A stretch of DNA of 64,000 bases from Pseudomonas phage vB_Paer_PsCh: sequence record OM870969.1, one strand, 5' to 3'. A program made the position numbers and the translations under genes. Shown one piece after another: positions 1 through 10,229 of the stretch; position 1 is the stretch's first letter; each line of letters opens with the position of its first letter. The notes under the pieces were generated by a model. The model was not told where the DNA came from, did not search any database, and saw only the letters and a list, made by a program, of their open reading frames with translations.

Positions 1-1521
1 ATGGAAAACACTAAGGTTCCTGATAAAAAACTCGGACCAATCGCGCTAGCGCTTAAAGAGGCCAGAGAGAATTTCGATCTCAGCCCTCATGTTATTGGTC
101 CAAAATCTTTCAAACAGAAAGAGTTCACAGACAGCGATGCAAAGATCACTGTATTCGGTGGTGCTGCTGGTGCTGGTAAGTCTTATCTCGGTGTAATGGA
201 CTTCATGAAATATATCCATGATCCTAACTTCCGAGGTGTAATGACTCGTCGTACTACTCCTCAGATTAAAGGCCCGGGCGGTCTGCTTGAAAAAGCAACA
301 GACCTATTCAAGCTCGTTGACCCTAAAGTCAAGTGGAAAGACAAAGACGGCAAGTTTGTGTTCTCTTCTGGTGCAGTTATTTTCCTTCGACACTTCGAAC
401 AAGAATCTGACAAAGACTCCTTCCAAGGTTGGGAGGTTAGTAAGTTCCTAGTCGACGAAGGTCAGCAGTTCACAGAAGGCATGGTGACATACCTTATCTC
501 TCGTATGCGTAACCCGAAATGCTCGGTTGTTCCGCACATGAAGATTACATGTAACCCTGATTACAATTCGTTCCTTCGTAAATGGATTGAATGGTGGCTA
601 GACCCTGACACAGGAATCCCGATCCCTGAGCGATCCGGCGTAACTCGCTGGTTTGTACGCAAAGGCGGTAAGATGTTCTGGGGAGACACCAAGGAAGAGT
701 GCATTGCCCTTCATGGTAATCCCAGTCTAGCGCCTGACGATGAAGATCAGGTGAAGCCTATCAGCTTCAAATTCATCGCGGCTAACTGTTTCGATAACCC
801 AATCTTGATGCTCAACGACCCTGAGTATGTAGCTAACCTTGAAGCCCTTCCTAGGGTAGAACGTGAAAAGCTCCTAGACGGTAGCTGGCACGCTAGAGAA
901 GAGGGAGCTGGATACTTCACAAGGGACTGGTGCCAAATCGTTCCCCATCCGCCTCTACGGGTGCTTAAAAGGGTACGTGCATGGGACATCAGCGGTAGCA
1001 TTGAATCTGAAACTAACAGAAACCCCGACTGGACAGCCGGCGTGCTAATGAGCCGTACAAAAGAAGGCTTGTTCACTGTCGAGGATGTTGTCAGAGAGCG
1101 TAGGTTGTTCGGAGGTGTTTTCGACCTCATCCTAGAAACAGCCAAGCAAGACGGTCAAGACGTTGAAATTCAAATCCCATGTGACCCGGGTGCTGCTGGT
1201 AAAGCTTATGCTGCCCAGCTAATTAGAGACCTAGCGGATCATGGATTCCACGCCAGACCGAAGACAACTAACAAATCGAAAGTTACTCGATTCGCCCCGT
1301 TCGTATCTGTAGCTGAAACTAAATCAGTGCAAGTCGTTGCGGGAGATTGGAACGAAGATTACTTCGATGAACTTGAGCGATTCGACGGAAGTAAGGCTAT
1401 CAAAGATGACCAAGTTGACGCTACATCAGATGCATTTAATGCTCTATCCCTTGGCAGCTTGATTATCCCTGATTTCCTACCGCCTGATATGACTCAATCC
1501 AACAAATTCAAACTAAATTAA
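1..1521 (+). CDS. terminase large subunit
   Basis: 506-aa ORF beginning at window base 1. Walker A-like GGAAGAGKS near the N-terminus and acidic nuclease-like C-terminal half. Lies immediately upstream of the portal gene. Confidence 0.8.
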   Translation: MENTKVPDKKLGPIALALKEARENFDLSPHVIGPKSFKQKEFTDSDAKITVFGGAAGAGKSYLGVMDFMKYIHDPNFRGVMTRRTTPQIKGPGGLLEKATDLFKLVDPKVKWKDKDGKFVFSSGAVIFLRHFEQESDKDSFQGWEVSKFLVDEGQQFTEGMVTYLISRMRNPKCSVVPHMKITCNPDYNSFLRKWIEWWLDPDTGIPIPERSGVTRWFVRKGGKMFWGDTKEECIALHGNPSLAPDDEDQVKPISFKFIAANCFDNPILMLNDPEYVANLEALPRVEREKLLDGSWHAREEGAGYFTRDWCQIVPHPPLRVLKRVRAWDISGSIESETNRNPDWTAGVLMSRTKEGLFTVEDVVRERRLFGGVFDLILETAKQDGQDVEIQIPCDPGAAGKAYAAQLIRDLADHGFHARPKTTNKSKVTRFAPFVSVAETKSVQVVAGDWNEDYFDELERFDGSKAIKDDQVDATSDAFNALSLGSLIIPDFLPPDMTQSNKFKLN

Positions 1522-1533
1522 TAGGAGGCGGCG

Positions 1534-2973
1534 ATGGCCGAGACTGAAAAAACAGCACCGGGTATCCCGCGACTTCGCCTAGGCGAGATTGGTAGTACAG
1601 GCCTTAAACAAGTCAATGGTACTATTCTGGAAGAACGCCGACCAGAACTTCGGTTCCCTAGGGCATGCAGAACATTCCAAATGATGGCGGAAGACCCTAC
1701 CATCAAATCAGCACTCGATCTCTTCGAAATGATGATGAGCAGGGTTGACTGGGAAGTTGATCTAGGAGTTGACCCCGACGAGGCTATGAAGGCCCGTGGT
1801 AAATTCCTGAAAGAGTGCATGCATGACATGGAACACAGTTGGTACTCCTTCATCAAAGAGGTCACTAGCTTCTACACCTACGGATTCTCCGTACATGAAA
1901 TGGTGTTTAAGCGACGTGAAGGATACCCTGTATCGAAGTACAATGACAACAAATTCGGTATTAAAAAGTTGCCAATCCGCTCTCAGTCTACTATCACCAA
2001 ATGGTTGTACTCTGAAGACGGTAGAAACTTCCTAGGGTGTGAGCAAAGTCTTGCCAATGTTGTCAATGGCGACCGTTACGTCAACCTAGGTAATAAGGAC
2101 GGAACTGTAGAGATTCCAGCTAAGAAGATGCTTCTTTTCCGGGTCGATGCTAAACGTGACAGTCCTGAAGGTAACAGCCCTCTCCGTGCGTGCTATAACG
2201 CTTGGAGATATCGAGTAGAGATTGAAGAGCAAGAGTCCGTTGGCGTAACACGCGATATGAACGGTATGCCTACGCTCTATCTGCCTCCTCGATATATGTC
2301 CGAAGATGCTACAGAAGCTGAGAGTGCAGTCTACGAATACTACAAGCGAGTAATTCGTAACATTCAAATGAATGAACAATCTGGACTTATCCTTCCTCAA
2401 GCGTTTGACCCAGAAAGCCGACAACCTCTGTTCAAATTCGAACTGACCTCTTCGCAGGGCAGTAAGATGTATGATACAGATGCCATCATCCGTCGCTGGG
2501 ACAACAAAATTCTGCAAGCCTTGTTTGCCGATATGCTGAAGATGGGTCAGGACCAAGTTGGCTCTTACTCTCTAGCTGGTGCCAAGACTAACATCATGGC
2601 TATGGCGATTGAATCGCGGCTCCGCGAAATCAAAGACGTACTAGATAACAAACTCATTCCTACGCTGTTCGCACTGAACGGTGATTATAGTCCAGACTTG
2701 CCGAAGCTGCAATACGGTGAGCTAGATGAAATCGATCTAGAAGAGTTCTCGAAAGGGATTCAGAGAATCGGTTCTGTCGGTGGTCTTGAACGTGACCGAG
2801 AGGTTTACAACAAGATTCGCAAAGCTCTTAAGATTAAGCCTCGACCAGATGACGAGCCTGTTGATGTGGATAATATCATGGGTGGTCAGTCTCAGGCAGG
2901 TAAAGCTGGAGTAGGTAATGGTGCATCAACATCCGCAGCCGGCAGAGACAACGCCGCTGCAAATAACGCATAA
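1534..2973 (+). CDS. portal protein
   Basis: 479-aa ORF with an RBS GGAGG upstream. Canonical position after the large terminase; size and acidic C-terminus are typical of portals. Confidence 0.65.
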   Translation: MAETEKTAPGIPRLRLGEIGSTGLKQVNGTILEERRPELRFPRACRTFQMMAEDPTIKSALDLFEMMMSRVDWEVDLGVDPDEAMKARGKFLKECMHDMEHSWYSFIKEVTSFYTYGFSVHEMVFKRREGYPVSKYNDNKFGIKKLPIRSQSTITKWLYSEDGRNFLGCEQSLANVVNGDRYVNLGNKDGTVEIPAKKMLLFRVDAKRDSPEGNSPLRACYNAWRYRVEIEEQESVGVTRDMNGMPTLYLPPRYMSEDATEAESAVYEYYKRVIRNIQMNEQSGLILPQAFDPESRQPLFKFELTSSQGSKMYDTDAIIRRWDNKILQALFADMLKMGQDQVGSYSLAGAKTNIMAMAIESRLREIKDVLDNKLIPTLFALNGDYSPDLPKLQYGELDEIDLEEFSKGIQRIGSVGGLERDREVYNKIRKALKIKPRPDDEPVDVDNIMGGQSQAGKAGVGNGASTSAAGRDNAAANNA

Positions 2974-2982
2974 GGAGACAGA

Positions 2983-3453
2983 ATGCTGACTCTTGAAAGT
3001 GTTATTGAAGCTCTCAGCAATGCTTTCGGGGCTCCCGCCAAGGCGGAAGAAGCCCCGGCTGTAGAGGTCACAAAGTCCCTAGACAATGAAAAGAGGATGG
3101 CTTTGTTTGTCGTTCTTGAGCCCCAAGAAGGCGACTCCACGACTGACCTACACGCAGACACCTACTCCGAAGAGGAAGTAGAGAAAGCTTGCATCAACTT
3201 CAATACTCATTGCAACGTAGCTAATATCTTCCACAAGATTGAAACACAGGAAGCTGAGATTGTCCAGTCCTTCATCGCTCCATCCGCATTCACAACTGAC
3301 GACGGAAGAGAGATCAAGAAAGGTACATGGCTCCAGTGGTGGCACTTCCCTGAAGGCTCTGAAGTAGCTGATACGCTATGGGAAGGCGTTAAATCTGGTG
3401 AATTCACAGGCGTCTCTATCGGTGCCAGAGCTACAGTCGAGGATATCGAATGA
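2983..3453 (+). CDS. head morphogenesis protein (possible prohead protease or minor capsid protein)
   Basis: 156-aa ORF between portal and scaffold, translationally coupled to the scaffold gene. His-rich segment and a C-terminal GVSIG motif; function not established. Confidence 0.3.
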   Translation: MLTLESVIEALSNAFGAPAKAEEAPAVEVTKSLDNEKRMALFVVLEPQEGDSTTDLHADTYSEEEVEKACINFNTHCNVANIFHKIETQEAEIVQSFIAPSAFTTDDGREIKKGTWLQWWHFPEGSEVADTLWEGVKSGEFTGVSIGARATVEDIE

Positions 3454-4367
3454 CCGTAAAAGCAAAACGTAAACTGACCGATATCAAGTTTGAACACGAA
3501 GGTGCTCACGTCGCTCTGGTCAGTAAGCTTCAAGGTGGTGCAGCCAACGGGCACACTACTCTTATCACAAAAGCTACCAATGGCGTAACTGAAGAGCTTA
3601 TCGATAAAGCTGCTGAAGTTACAGTCACAATGCAGTTCCCTGAGTTCCTTCGTAAGTTCTTCGGGATGTATTATGACGATGCCGAAGTTCTCTCTGTTGC
3701 CATGGGATATGGCAGAACGGAGTATCCAGAACTAGATCACAAAGACTGGATCGACCAGCGGGTCGAGTCTATGTCCATTCTTAAGTCGGTTTATAAATCT
3801 GCTGACCTGAATCAAGCTCTCTCCGAGCTTACCCCTGAGCAGACCCTTTCCCTTAAACAGGATCAGGAACTGCTTGAAAAGGCTCTGGAGGTAGTCTCCG
3901 AGCAATCCAATGAAAATCCATCCAAGGAGATTACCAACATGGAAACTATCCTGAAATCGGCCCACCTAGAAGCTCTAGCTGACGCTGTTGCAGTTGAAAA
4001 AGCTGCTGGTGTCGCTGCTGTTGCAGAAGTTCAGAAGCAACTAGACGCCGCTAATGTAGAGCTTACAGCTCTTCGTGAAATTGTCAAGGCTGCTGAGGCA
4101 GAGAAAACCGCTGCTATCACCAAAGCCCGTAAAGAGCAACTGGCTGAAGTCCTCCCGGCTGACCAAGTAGAAGATACTTTCAAGTCTCTGGAAGTTCTGG
4201 ACGATCAAGCTTTTGCACAAACAGTAGGAACGCTCCGCATTCTTAAAGCTGCTGCTGACCAAAATGACATGCTTGTCGAGAAAGGTGTATCGGGCGCTGG
4301 GGAAGAAGACGACTCTGTTGTCGCCGGTGTTGCCGCTATCCTGAAAGCTCGCCACGGCTCCAAGTAA
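3450..4367 (+). CDS. scaffolding protein
   Basis: 305 aa with an Ala/Glu/Lys/Leu-rich predicted coiled-coil C-terminal two thirds. Sits between portal and capsid genes. Confidence 0.55.
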   Translation: MTVKAKRKLTDIKFEHEGAHVALVSKLQGGAANGHTTLITKATNGVTEELIDKAAEVTVTMQFPEFLRKFFGMYYDDAEVLSVAMGYGRTEYPELDHKDWIDQRVESMSILKSVYKSADLNQALSELTPEQTLSLKQDQELLEKALEVVSEQSNENPSKEITNMETILKSAHLEALADAVAVEKAAGVAAVAEVQKQLDAANVELTALREIVKAAEAEKTAAITKARKEQLAEVLPADQVEDTFKSLEVLDDQAFAQTVGTLRILKAAADQNDMLVEKGVSGAGEEDDSVVAGVAAILKARHGSK

Positions 4368-4394
4368 TATCTAGCCAATCTAGAGGAATTCCAA

Positions 4395-4805
4395 ATGGCT
4401 CAAAACATTATCGCAAAAGATCATCAGCGTCTTAGCAACTGGCTGAAAGAAGAACAAATGGGCCACCGTGGCCTGTTCTACACTCGCGAAACTCTGCCTG
4501 TCGCTGACATTGATGTTAAAACAACTGGTTCTGTCCTAGACAGCACTGGCAAGCTGGTAACTAAGGCTACTATCGCCGACGCTACCTACATCCTAATGAC
4601 CGACCTGCACGACTATGCCAACGCTCAGATGAGCCACGCTGTCGTCCTTGCTCGCGGTTTTGCCAAGATCGGCTCCAAGGCTGTTATCTTCGGTGCTGAC
4701 GTTGACGACGCTGATAAAGCTACCGTCTTTGAAGCTTTCAAAGCCAAGAACATCTTCGCCGTTGACCAGATCGAAGGCGCATTCGAGAACGTTACCTTCG
4801 CGTAA
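4395..4805 (+). CDS. head decoration-like protein (lambda gpD position analog)
   Basis: 136-aa ORF immediately upstream of the gpE-like major capsid gene, the same order as lambda D then E. Strong RBS GAGG. Confidence 0.35.
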   Translation: MAQNIIAKDHQRLSNWLKEEQMGHRGLFYTRETLPVADIDVKTTGSVLDSTGKLVTKATIADATYILMTDLHDYANAQMSHAVVLARGFAKIGSKAVIFGADVDDADKATVFEAFKAKNIFAVDQIEGAFENVTFA

Positions 4806-4849
4806 GCGAGGGTCGTTCCAGTAAATAAATACTAGGAGTAACTTTAAAA

Positions 4850-5884
4850 ATGGCTAACACCCGTTCCTACCTAAACGATGGTCAGTTCTACATTGCCGAC
4901 CAGACTGAAAACCTGCTTATCATCCCGAACACTTGGACCCTCGTCGAGAACATGGGCGTCTTCACAAGTGAAGGTGTGACTCAGAACACTGTCCAGTTCG
5001 AAGAGATCGAAACTCGCTACGGTCTGGTTAAGGATGCCATCCGTGGAACTCGTCACCAAGTTGCTAGCGACCAACGTCGTCAACTGCGTGCCTTCGCGAT
5101 TCCGCACTTCAACCAAGACGACTACATCACTCCAGAAGATATTCAAGGTAAGCGCGCTTTCGGTGCTGACCGCGAAGAAACTCTGAACGAGGTTCGTGCT
5201 CGTAAGCTGGAAACCATCCGTCGCAACTGGGCTAACACCGCTGAAGTTGCTTCCGTTAGCGCTATCGTAACTGGTAAGAGCTACGCCCCAGCCGGAACCA
5301 TCGAGTACGACTGGTACGACCTGATGGGTAAAACTCGTAAGGTTGTCGGCTTCGACCTGACCAACCCTACCGCTGACGTTATGGGCAAGACCGAAGAAAT
5401 CTTCGTCCATATGCAAGACAACAGCCAAGACGGTCTGATCCGTGGTGACTTCGTTGCCCTGTGCTCTCCTGAGTTCTTCACTGCCCTGATTAACCATCCG
5501 AGCATCAAAGAGTTCTACAAAGCTTACCAAGCTAGTCCTCAATACTGGCGTGAACGTCTAACCGCTCGCGGTCTGGACCTTCGCTTCCGTGAGTTCTACT
5601 TCGGAAACATTCACTTCATCGAATACCGTGGCGTTGACCCGTACGGCAACCGTCTGATCCCGGCTGGCGATGCTTACTTCATCCCAACCGACAGCGGTGA
5701 CCTGTTCGCTCGTTACTTCGGCCCGGGCAGCACTTTCGATGACCTAGGAACTCTGGGTAAAGAACTGTACGCTACCGAGCGTATGGCTGAAGACCGTCGT
5801 TCGATCCTGATCGAAACCGAGTCCAACTTCATCCACGTTCTGCGTCGTCCACAGATGATCGTTCGCGGCACTGTGAATGCGTAA
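4850..5884 (+). CDS. major capsid protein (lambda gpE-like fold family)
   Basis: 344 aa; size, position and C-terminal segments resemble the Phage_cap_E family. RBS AGGAG upstream and a strong terminator immediately downstream, typical of a highly expressed capsid gene. Confidence 0.75.
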   Translation: MANTRSYLNDGQFYIADQTENLLIIPNTWTLVENMGVFTSEGVTQNTVQFEEIETRYGLVKDAIRGTRHQVASDQRRQLRAFAIPHFNQDDYITPEDIQGKRAFGADREETLNEVRARKLETIRRNWANTAEVASVSAIVTGKSYAPAGTIEYDWYDLMGKTRKVVGFDLTNPTADVMGKTEEIFVHMQDNSQDGLIRGDFVALCSPEFFTALINHPSIKEFYKAYQASPQYWRERLTARGLDLRFREFYFGNIHFIEYRGVDPYGNRLIPAGDAYFIPTDSGDLFARYFGPGSTFDDLGTLGKELYATERMAEDRRSILIETESNFIHVLRRPQMIVRGTVNA

Positions 5885-5892
5885 AGACTTCA

Positions 5893-5918
5893 GGGAGGCT
5901 TCGGCCTCCCTTTCGTCG
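5893..5918 (+). terminator. rho-independent terminator (GC stem with UUCG tetraloop)
   Basis: GGGAGGC-TTCG-GCCTCCC hairpin followed by TTTCGTCG, directly after the capsid gene. Confidence 0.7.
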
Positions 5919-5932
5919 TAGGAGGTACCAAA

Positions 5933-6409
5933 ATGGCTTACACTGGTGATCCAGCAAACAACCCTATCGACCGTCTACGAGAGATTGTAGGGGACGTGTG
6001 GGAGCCTCCGATGCTTTCCGACGAAACCTATCAATGGGTGTTGGACAAGAACGAAGGCAACGAAAGACGAGCCGCACTTGAACTTATGCGTATGATGCTC
6101 TTCCGCCTGACAAGGGGAATGAGAGAACGCACAGGTGATATCGAAGTATATGGTGCTGAGTATTTCAACAACTACTTGAAAGCTCTTCAGCTCATTCTCA
6201 AAGACCCGAATATTGCAATTTCTTTGGCCGTGCCATATGCTGGCGGTATCTCCAAATCGGATATGCTGGCTAATGACCTAGACCCCGACAACGTAACACG
6301 GGAATTCTACATCGGTTTTGCAAGACGGGAGAAGCTTTACAACCAGTGCAACCCCGGTCCTCAAGACCTTAGCATGGGGTGTGATTATCTTGGCAAGCTT
6401 CAGTTTTAA
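5933..6409 (+). CDS. head completion / head-tail connector protein
   Basis: 158-aa ORF, RBS AGGAGG, first of four small genes between capsid and sheath. Confidence 0.4.
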   Translation: MAYTGDPANNPIDRLREIVGDVWEPPMLSDETYQWVLDKNEGNERRAALELMRMMLFRLTRGMRERTGDIEVYGAEYFNNYLKALQLILKDPNIAISLAVPYAGGISKSDMLANDLDPDNVTREFYIGFARREKLYNQCNPGPQDLSMGCDYLGKLQF

Positions 6410-6860
6410 AACAGATCGCCGTCGCCTCACATCCTTGATTAAGAGGGTGGAGGCTCTAGACGGAACAACGGTAGAAGTTGGTTTCTTCCCCGAGGACCGA
6501 TATGGTTCTGAAAATGGAAACCTACCAGTTGCACAAGTTGCAGCTTACAACGAATTCGGTACTACTCGCAACCCAACCCGGCCATTCATGGCTCCAACCT
6601 TTGAAGAATTCACATCTCAATTCCACTACGCAAGACTAATGAAGTCCACGTTCGAGAACGTCCTACGCGATGGAAGGCAGACGAATACTCTTCTGAAGAA
6701 ATTGGGTAAAATGGTTGCAGAGCAGATGCAAGTTAACATTGACGACTATCCGGGCTCTAACAGTCCGGCATGGGCAGCTTACAAAGGATTTAACGATCCT
6801 TTATTCCATACTGGAAAGATGCTTGAGTCTGTCAAGTTCCAAATCCATCGGAGGCAATAA
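6318..6860 (+). CDS. head-tail joining (neck) protein, start uncertain
   Basis: Open frame with only one ATG (6318), which overlaps the previous gene by 92 nt. The true start may be a downstream non-ATG codon (GTG or TTG near 6380-6440). Confidence 0.35.
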   Translation: MQDGRSFTTSATPVLKTLAWGVIILASFSFKTDRRRLTSLIKRVEALDGTTVEVGFFPEDRYGSENGNLPVAQVAAYNEFGTTRNPTRPFMAPTFEEFTSQFHYARLMKSTFENVLRDGRQTNTLLKKLGKMVAEQMQVNIDDYPGSNSPAWAAYKGFNDPLFHTGKMLESVKFQIHRRQ

Positions 6861-7240
6861 TGCTCTATCCTACCTTCTCCATGACCAACTTTGTCAAGCT
6901 AGATTTGATTAGAAGAGGGCAGCCCGGAGACGACGGTTTTGGAAGACCTACCCCTCCAGTTGAGACAGTAGTAACAATCACAGCTAACGTTCAACCTATC
7001 GAAAAATCGACAGACACTCGTATCCTTCCAGAGGCCGACAGAAGCAAGGCTTGCTTCAAGGTGTACTCCAGAGGCGAAGAGATTCGCCAGTTAAAGGAAG
7101 GCCCGGGAGGGTGGAGTGCCGATAGATTCATGTGGGAAGGGGAGTTGTATGAAGTTATGAAAGTCATCAACTATTCGATGGGAATCCTAAACCATTACAA
7201 AGCAATTTGTATGAGAGTAGAGAGGAATAGCACAGCATGA
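6860..7240 (+). CDS. head-tail joining protein
   Basis: 126-aa ORF with an ATGA-type overlap with its upstream gene; neck module position. Confidence 0.4.
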   Translation: MLYPTFSMTNFVKLDLIRRGQPGDDGFGRPTPPVETVVTITANVQPIEKSTDTRILPEADRSKACFKVYSRGEEIRQLKEGPGGWSADRFMWEGELYEVMKVINYSMGILNHYKAICMRVERNSTA

Positions 7241-7800
7241 TCCACACAGAGCTAGAAAACTCCCTCTATCTTATGGTCAAAGAGTTGTTCCCCGACTGGC
7301 GTGTAATTCAAGCTTACACGAATAATCAGGAACCGCAAACCCCTTATCTGGCTATCGACATTAAGAGGCTGGATGAACTGGGAAGGGAAAATGTCTCCAA
7401 TATGAGCGATCCCATTAGTCCTTCGCATGGAACTATTCAAGTTCAACAGGACTTCGCAGCCAAAGTCGTATTCGAACTGATTGGCAAGTATGGAGAGACA
7501 GCAAGTGTCTCTGACATGGCAATGGCGATTACTCGGGCAATGCGTACTCCAGCAGGACACGCCGCCCAAAGAAAGTTTAATCTATCCCTTTTCAAACTCC
7601 CTAGCACAAGACGAGTTCCTATGCTAAGAGAAACAGATATGTACATGTTCTATCAAGTTACATGTGAATTTGGATTCTCTGTGATAGAAACCACAACTCA
7701 AGAGTTTGCTGCTGGGGCTGATATTCACGGCGTTTATTACGACGCTGGTCGCCCGGGTCACATTATTGAGTCCCACATCGACATAAACTTCGAACACTAA
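7237..7800 (+). CDS. tail completion / neck protein
   Basis: 187-aa ORF overlapping the stop of the upstream gene; immediately precedes the sheath gene. Confidence 0.4.
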   Translation: MIHTELENSLYLMVKELFPDWRVIQAYTNNQEPQTPYLAIDIKRLDELGRENVSNMSDPISPSHGTIQVQQDFAAKVVFELIGKYGETASVSDMAMAITRAMRTPAGHAAQRKFNLSLFKLPSTRRVPMLRETDMYMFYQVTCEFGFSVIETTTQEFAAGADIHGVYYDAGRPGHIIESHIDINFEH

Positions 7801-7812
7801 TAGGAGACAGGA

Positions 7813-9099
7813 ATGACTGTTCTTACTGATGTAATTGACATTCAGATCAGCCGTGAGACTGCTGCTGTCGCACAGACAAACTTCAACGTTCCTCTGTTCA
7901 TCGCTTCTCACACAAACTTCTCGGAACGTGCCAGAGTCTACAACAGCCTGAAAGGTGTCGCTGAAGACTTCGGAGAATCCGATCCGACATATCTTGCTGC
8001 TGTTCGTTACTTCGGTCAAGCACTGAAGCCACGCAGCCTAGTTATCGGTCGTAGACAAGTTCCTTCTGCTACCGTATCTGTCAGTGTTGTTCAGGAAGGC
8101 CAGAGCTACGTTCTGACCGTCAACGGACTACCAGTCAGCTACGTCAGCCAGCAAGACGACACTGCTACTCTGATTGCCACAGGCCTAAAGGCAGCTTATG
8201 ACGTAACTCCGGTAGCCGGCGTAACCGTCACAGACAACGAAGACGGAACTCTAACCGTCGCTTCTAACGAAGACTGGAGCCTGAAAGTTTCTTCTAACCT
8301 GACAATGGCCGCTGCTCCTTCTACTGAAGGCTGGCCGGCAACTATCACTGCTGTTCAGGGAGAAAACGACGAATGGTATGCACTGAGCATTGACAGCCAC
8401 GCTGACGATGATATCATGGCAGTAGCTACTCATATCGAAGGGACCAAGAAAGTGTTTGTCGGGGCTACTGCTCAGGCTAATACCAAAACTTCCGCAGACA
8501 ACGACATTGCTTCGCGTCTAGTCGCTGGTGGGTTCCAACGTACGGCACTGATGTATCATCCAAACGCTGACGCTCAATTCCCTGAGTGTGCTTGGGTAGG
8601 ATACCAACTGCAAGAGCAACCGGGTAGCAACACATGGACCCATAAAGCTCTAGCTGCCGTAGATGCTTACCGTCTAACCCCAACCGAGTCTACCAACCTG
8701 AAGAACAAGAACGTTACCACGTTCGAGCGCGTTGGTGGTGTCAACCGTACATTCGGTGGCGCTATGGCCGGTGGTGAATGGATCGACGTAATGATTTTCG
8801 TGGACTGGCTGGAAGCCCGCATGACCGAGCGTCTGTGGTTCCGTATGGCTAACTCCAAGAAAATCCCTTACGACGCCGTTGGTGCAACAATTCTGGAATC
8901 GGAAATCAGAGCCCAGCTTAACGAAGGAATTCGTGTTGGTGGTCTGGCTGAAGCTCCGGCTCCTAAAGTCTTCGTACCTGATGTTCTATCCATGTCTCCG
9001 AACATGAGAGCACAGCGTATCTTTGAAGGCATTGAATTTGAAGCCCGTCTGGCCGGTGCCATTCACTTCGTACACATTCGTGGAACTGTGACCGTCTAA
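7813..9099 (+). CDS. contractile tail sheath protein
   Basis: 428 aa, RBS AGGAGA. The C-terminal region (KIPYDAVGATILESEIRAQL...ARLAGAIHFVHIRGTV) matches the conserved sheath C-terminal pattern. Followed by tube genes and upstream of a Mu/P2-type baseplate. Confidence 0.65.
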   Translation: MTVLTDVIDIQISRETAAVAQTNFNVPLFIASHTNFSERARVYNSLKGVAEDFGESDPTYLAAVRYFGQALKPRSLVIGRRQVPSATVSVSVVQEGQSYVLTVNGLPVSYVSQQDDTATLIATGLKAAYDVTPVAGVTVTDNEDGTLTVASNEDWSLKVSSNLTMAAAPSTEGWPATITAVQGENDEWYALSIDSHADDDIMAVATHIEGTKKVFVGATAQANTKTSADNDIASRLVAGGFQRTALMYHPNADAQFPECAWVGYQLQEQPGSNTWTHKALAAVDAYRLTPTESTNLKNKNVTTFERVGGVNRTFGGAMAGGEWIDVMIFVDWLEARMTERLWFRMANSKKIPYDAVGATILESEIRAQLNEGIRVGGLAEAPAPKVFVPDVLSMSPNMRAQRIFEGIEFEARLAGAIHFVHIRGTVTV

Positions 9100-9129
9100 G
9101 GACGGTCCTTCCCATAAGGAGACTACTAA

Positions 9130-9654
9130 ATGGCTGTTCAACGTCTAGCTACATTCTCTCCAGCCGATGTTACCATTGTTATCACTCACCCTGCAACTGG
9201 TGAGAGCATGGTTCTCGGCGGATTCAGCGAAGACAGTATCGTTAACATTGAAAGAAACGCTGACACTTACGTGATGTATACCGGAGCCGACAACACATCG
9301 ACTCGCGTCTACAACGCCTCTAAGTCTGCTACCCTCACTGTTAGCCTTCAACAAACTTCGCCTTCGAACGACTTCCTGACTGCTCTTTACAACTACGACG
9401 ACGCCCGTCGTTCGTCTGAGGGATTGTTCACAATCCACGTTAAAGACAACTCTGGTCGTTCCGACTACTTCAGTGATGACGCCTATGTCGGTGTTGTTCC
9501 GGGTTCTAACTTCTCGAACAGCATGCAGACACGCGATTGGGTTATTCATGCACACAACCTGCAAACTCTAATCGGCGGTAACGCCAAGCTGAGCCCGGGT
9601 GATGCGGATACTCTTCGTAACCTAGGTGTCACACTAGATCAGCGCTGGCTGTAA
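9130..9654 (+). CDS. tail tube protein (paralog 1, likely the major tube protein)
   Basis: 174 aa, RBS AAGGAG. Shares SPxDVxIV and SPSNDFLTALYNYD-type blocks with the next two ORFs. A terminator follows it. Confidence 0.6.
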   Translation: MAVQRLATFSPADVTIVITHPATGESMVLGGFSEDSIVNIERNADTYVMYTGADNTSTRVYNASKSATLTVSLQQTSPSNDFLTALYNYDDARRSSEGLFTIHVKDNSGRSDYFSDDAYVGVVPGSNFSNSMQTRDWVIHAHNLQTLIGGNAKLSPGDADTLRNLGVTLDQRWL

Positions 9655-9675
9655 TATAGCGCTTATGCCACATCG

Positions 9676-9714
9676 ACGGGGAGCTGCCTTAACGGGTGGC
9701 TCCCTTTGTTGTTT
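9676..9714 (+). terminator. rho-independent terminator / attenuator after tube paralog 1
   Basis: GGGGAGC...GCTCCC hairpin followed by TTTGTTGTTT. Confidence 0.5.
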
Positions 9715-9728
9715 CTGGAGGATAGAAA

Positions 9729-10229
9729 TTGATTACCACCTACTCGCCGCGTGACGTGGTTGTAACTCTCGCTGGTATCCATTCCGTGACAGGGTACGCA
9801 GAGGGAGAGTTTATCAGAATTGTAAAAGATATTAAGCCTTTCATCAAGCACGGATCGATGGACGGAGAAATCGCCCGGGTCTACAACAAGGACCAAGGCT
9901 GGCGAGTAGAGTTGACAATCATGCAGTCCTCGCCGACTAACGACATTCTCTCCATGCTATACAACGTGGACATTGCAACCCGAATGGGAAAATTCCCACT
10001 GATGATTAAGGACACGAAGGGTTCTACAAGCTTCCTAGCTCTGACAGCATGGGTGGAAGACCTACCTAGGGTATCTTTCTCTGGACAACTGGAGACCCGC
10101 ACTTGGATTCTAGGGTGCTCTGAGGTCGCCATGAACATTGGCGGAAACGTCGATCAAAGTTTGGTCGAGCAAGCTATCCTGCTGGGAAGCTCTCTTCTGC
10201 CAGCCCTTACGCAATTCGGAGGCTTCTAA
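9729..10229 (+). CDS. tail tube-like protein (paralog 2), TTG start
   Basis: 166 aa with a TTG start preceded by GGAGG. Clearly homologous to 9130..9654 (TYSPRDVVV.., MQSSPTNDILSMLYNVD). Confidence 0.5.
   Translation: MITTYSPRDVVVTLAGIHSVTGYAEGEFIRIVKDIKPFIKHGSMDGEIARVYNKDQGWRVELTIMQSSPTNDILSMLYNVDIATRMGKFPLMIKDTKGSTSFLALTAWVEDLPRVSFSGQLETRTWILGCSEVAMNIGGNVDQSLVEQAILLGSSLLPALTQFGGF

Noticed and set aside
3450-3560. HExxH (FEHEGAHVAL) near the N-terminus of the scaffold protein
   Set aside because: A single HExxH occurrence without the surrounding metalloprotease context is expected by chance. Not called as a protease.
4871-5542. 223-aa minus-strand ORF inside the major capsid gene
   Set aside because: Antisense shadow of the capsid coding sequence.
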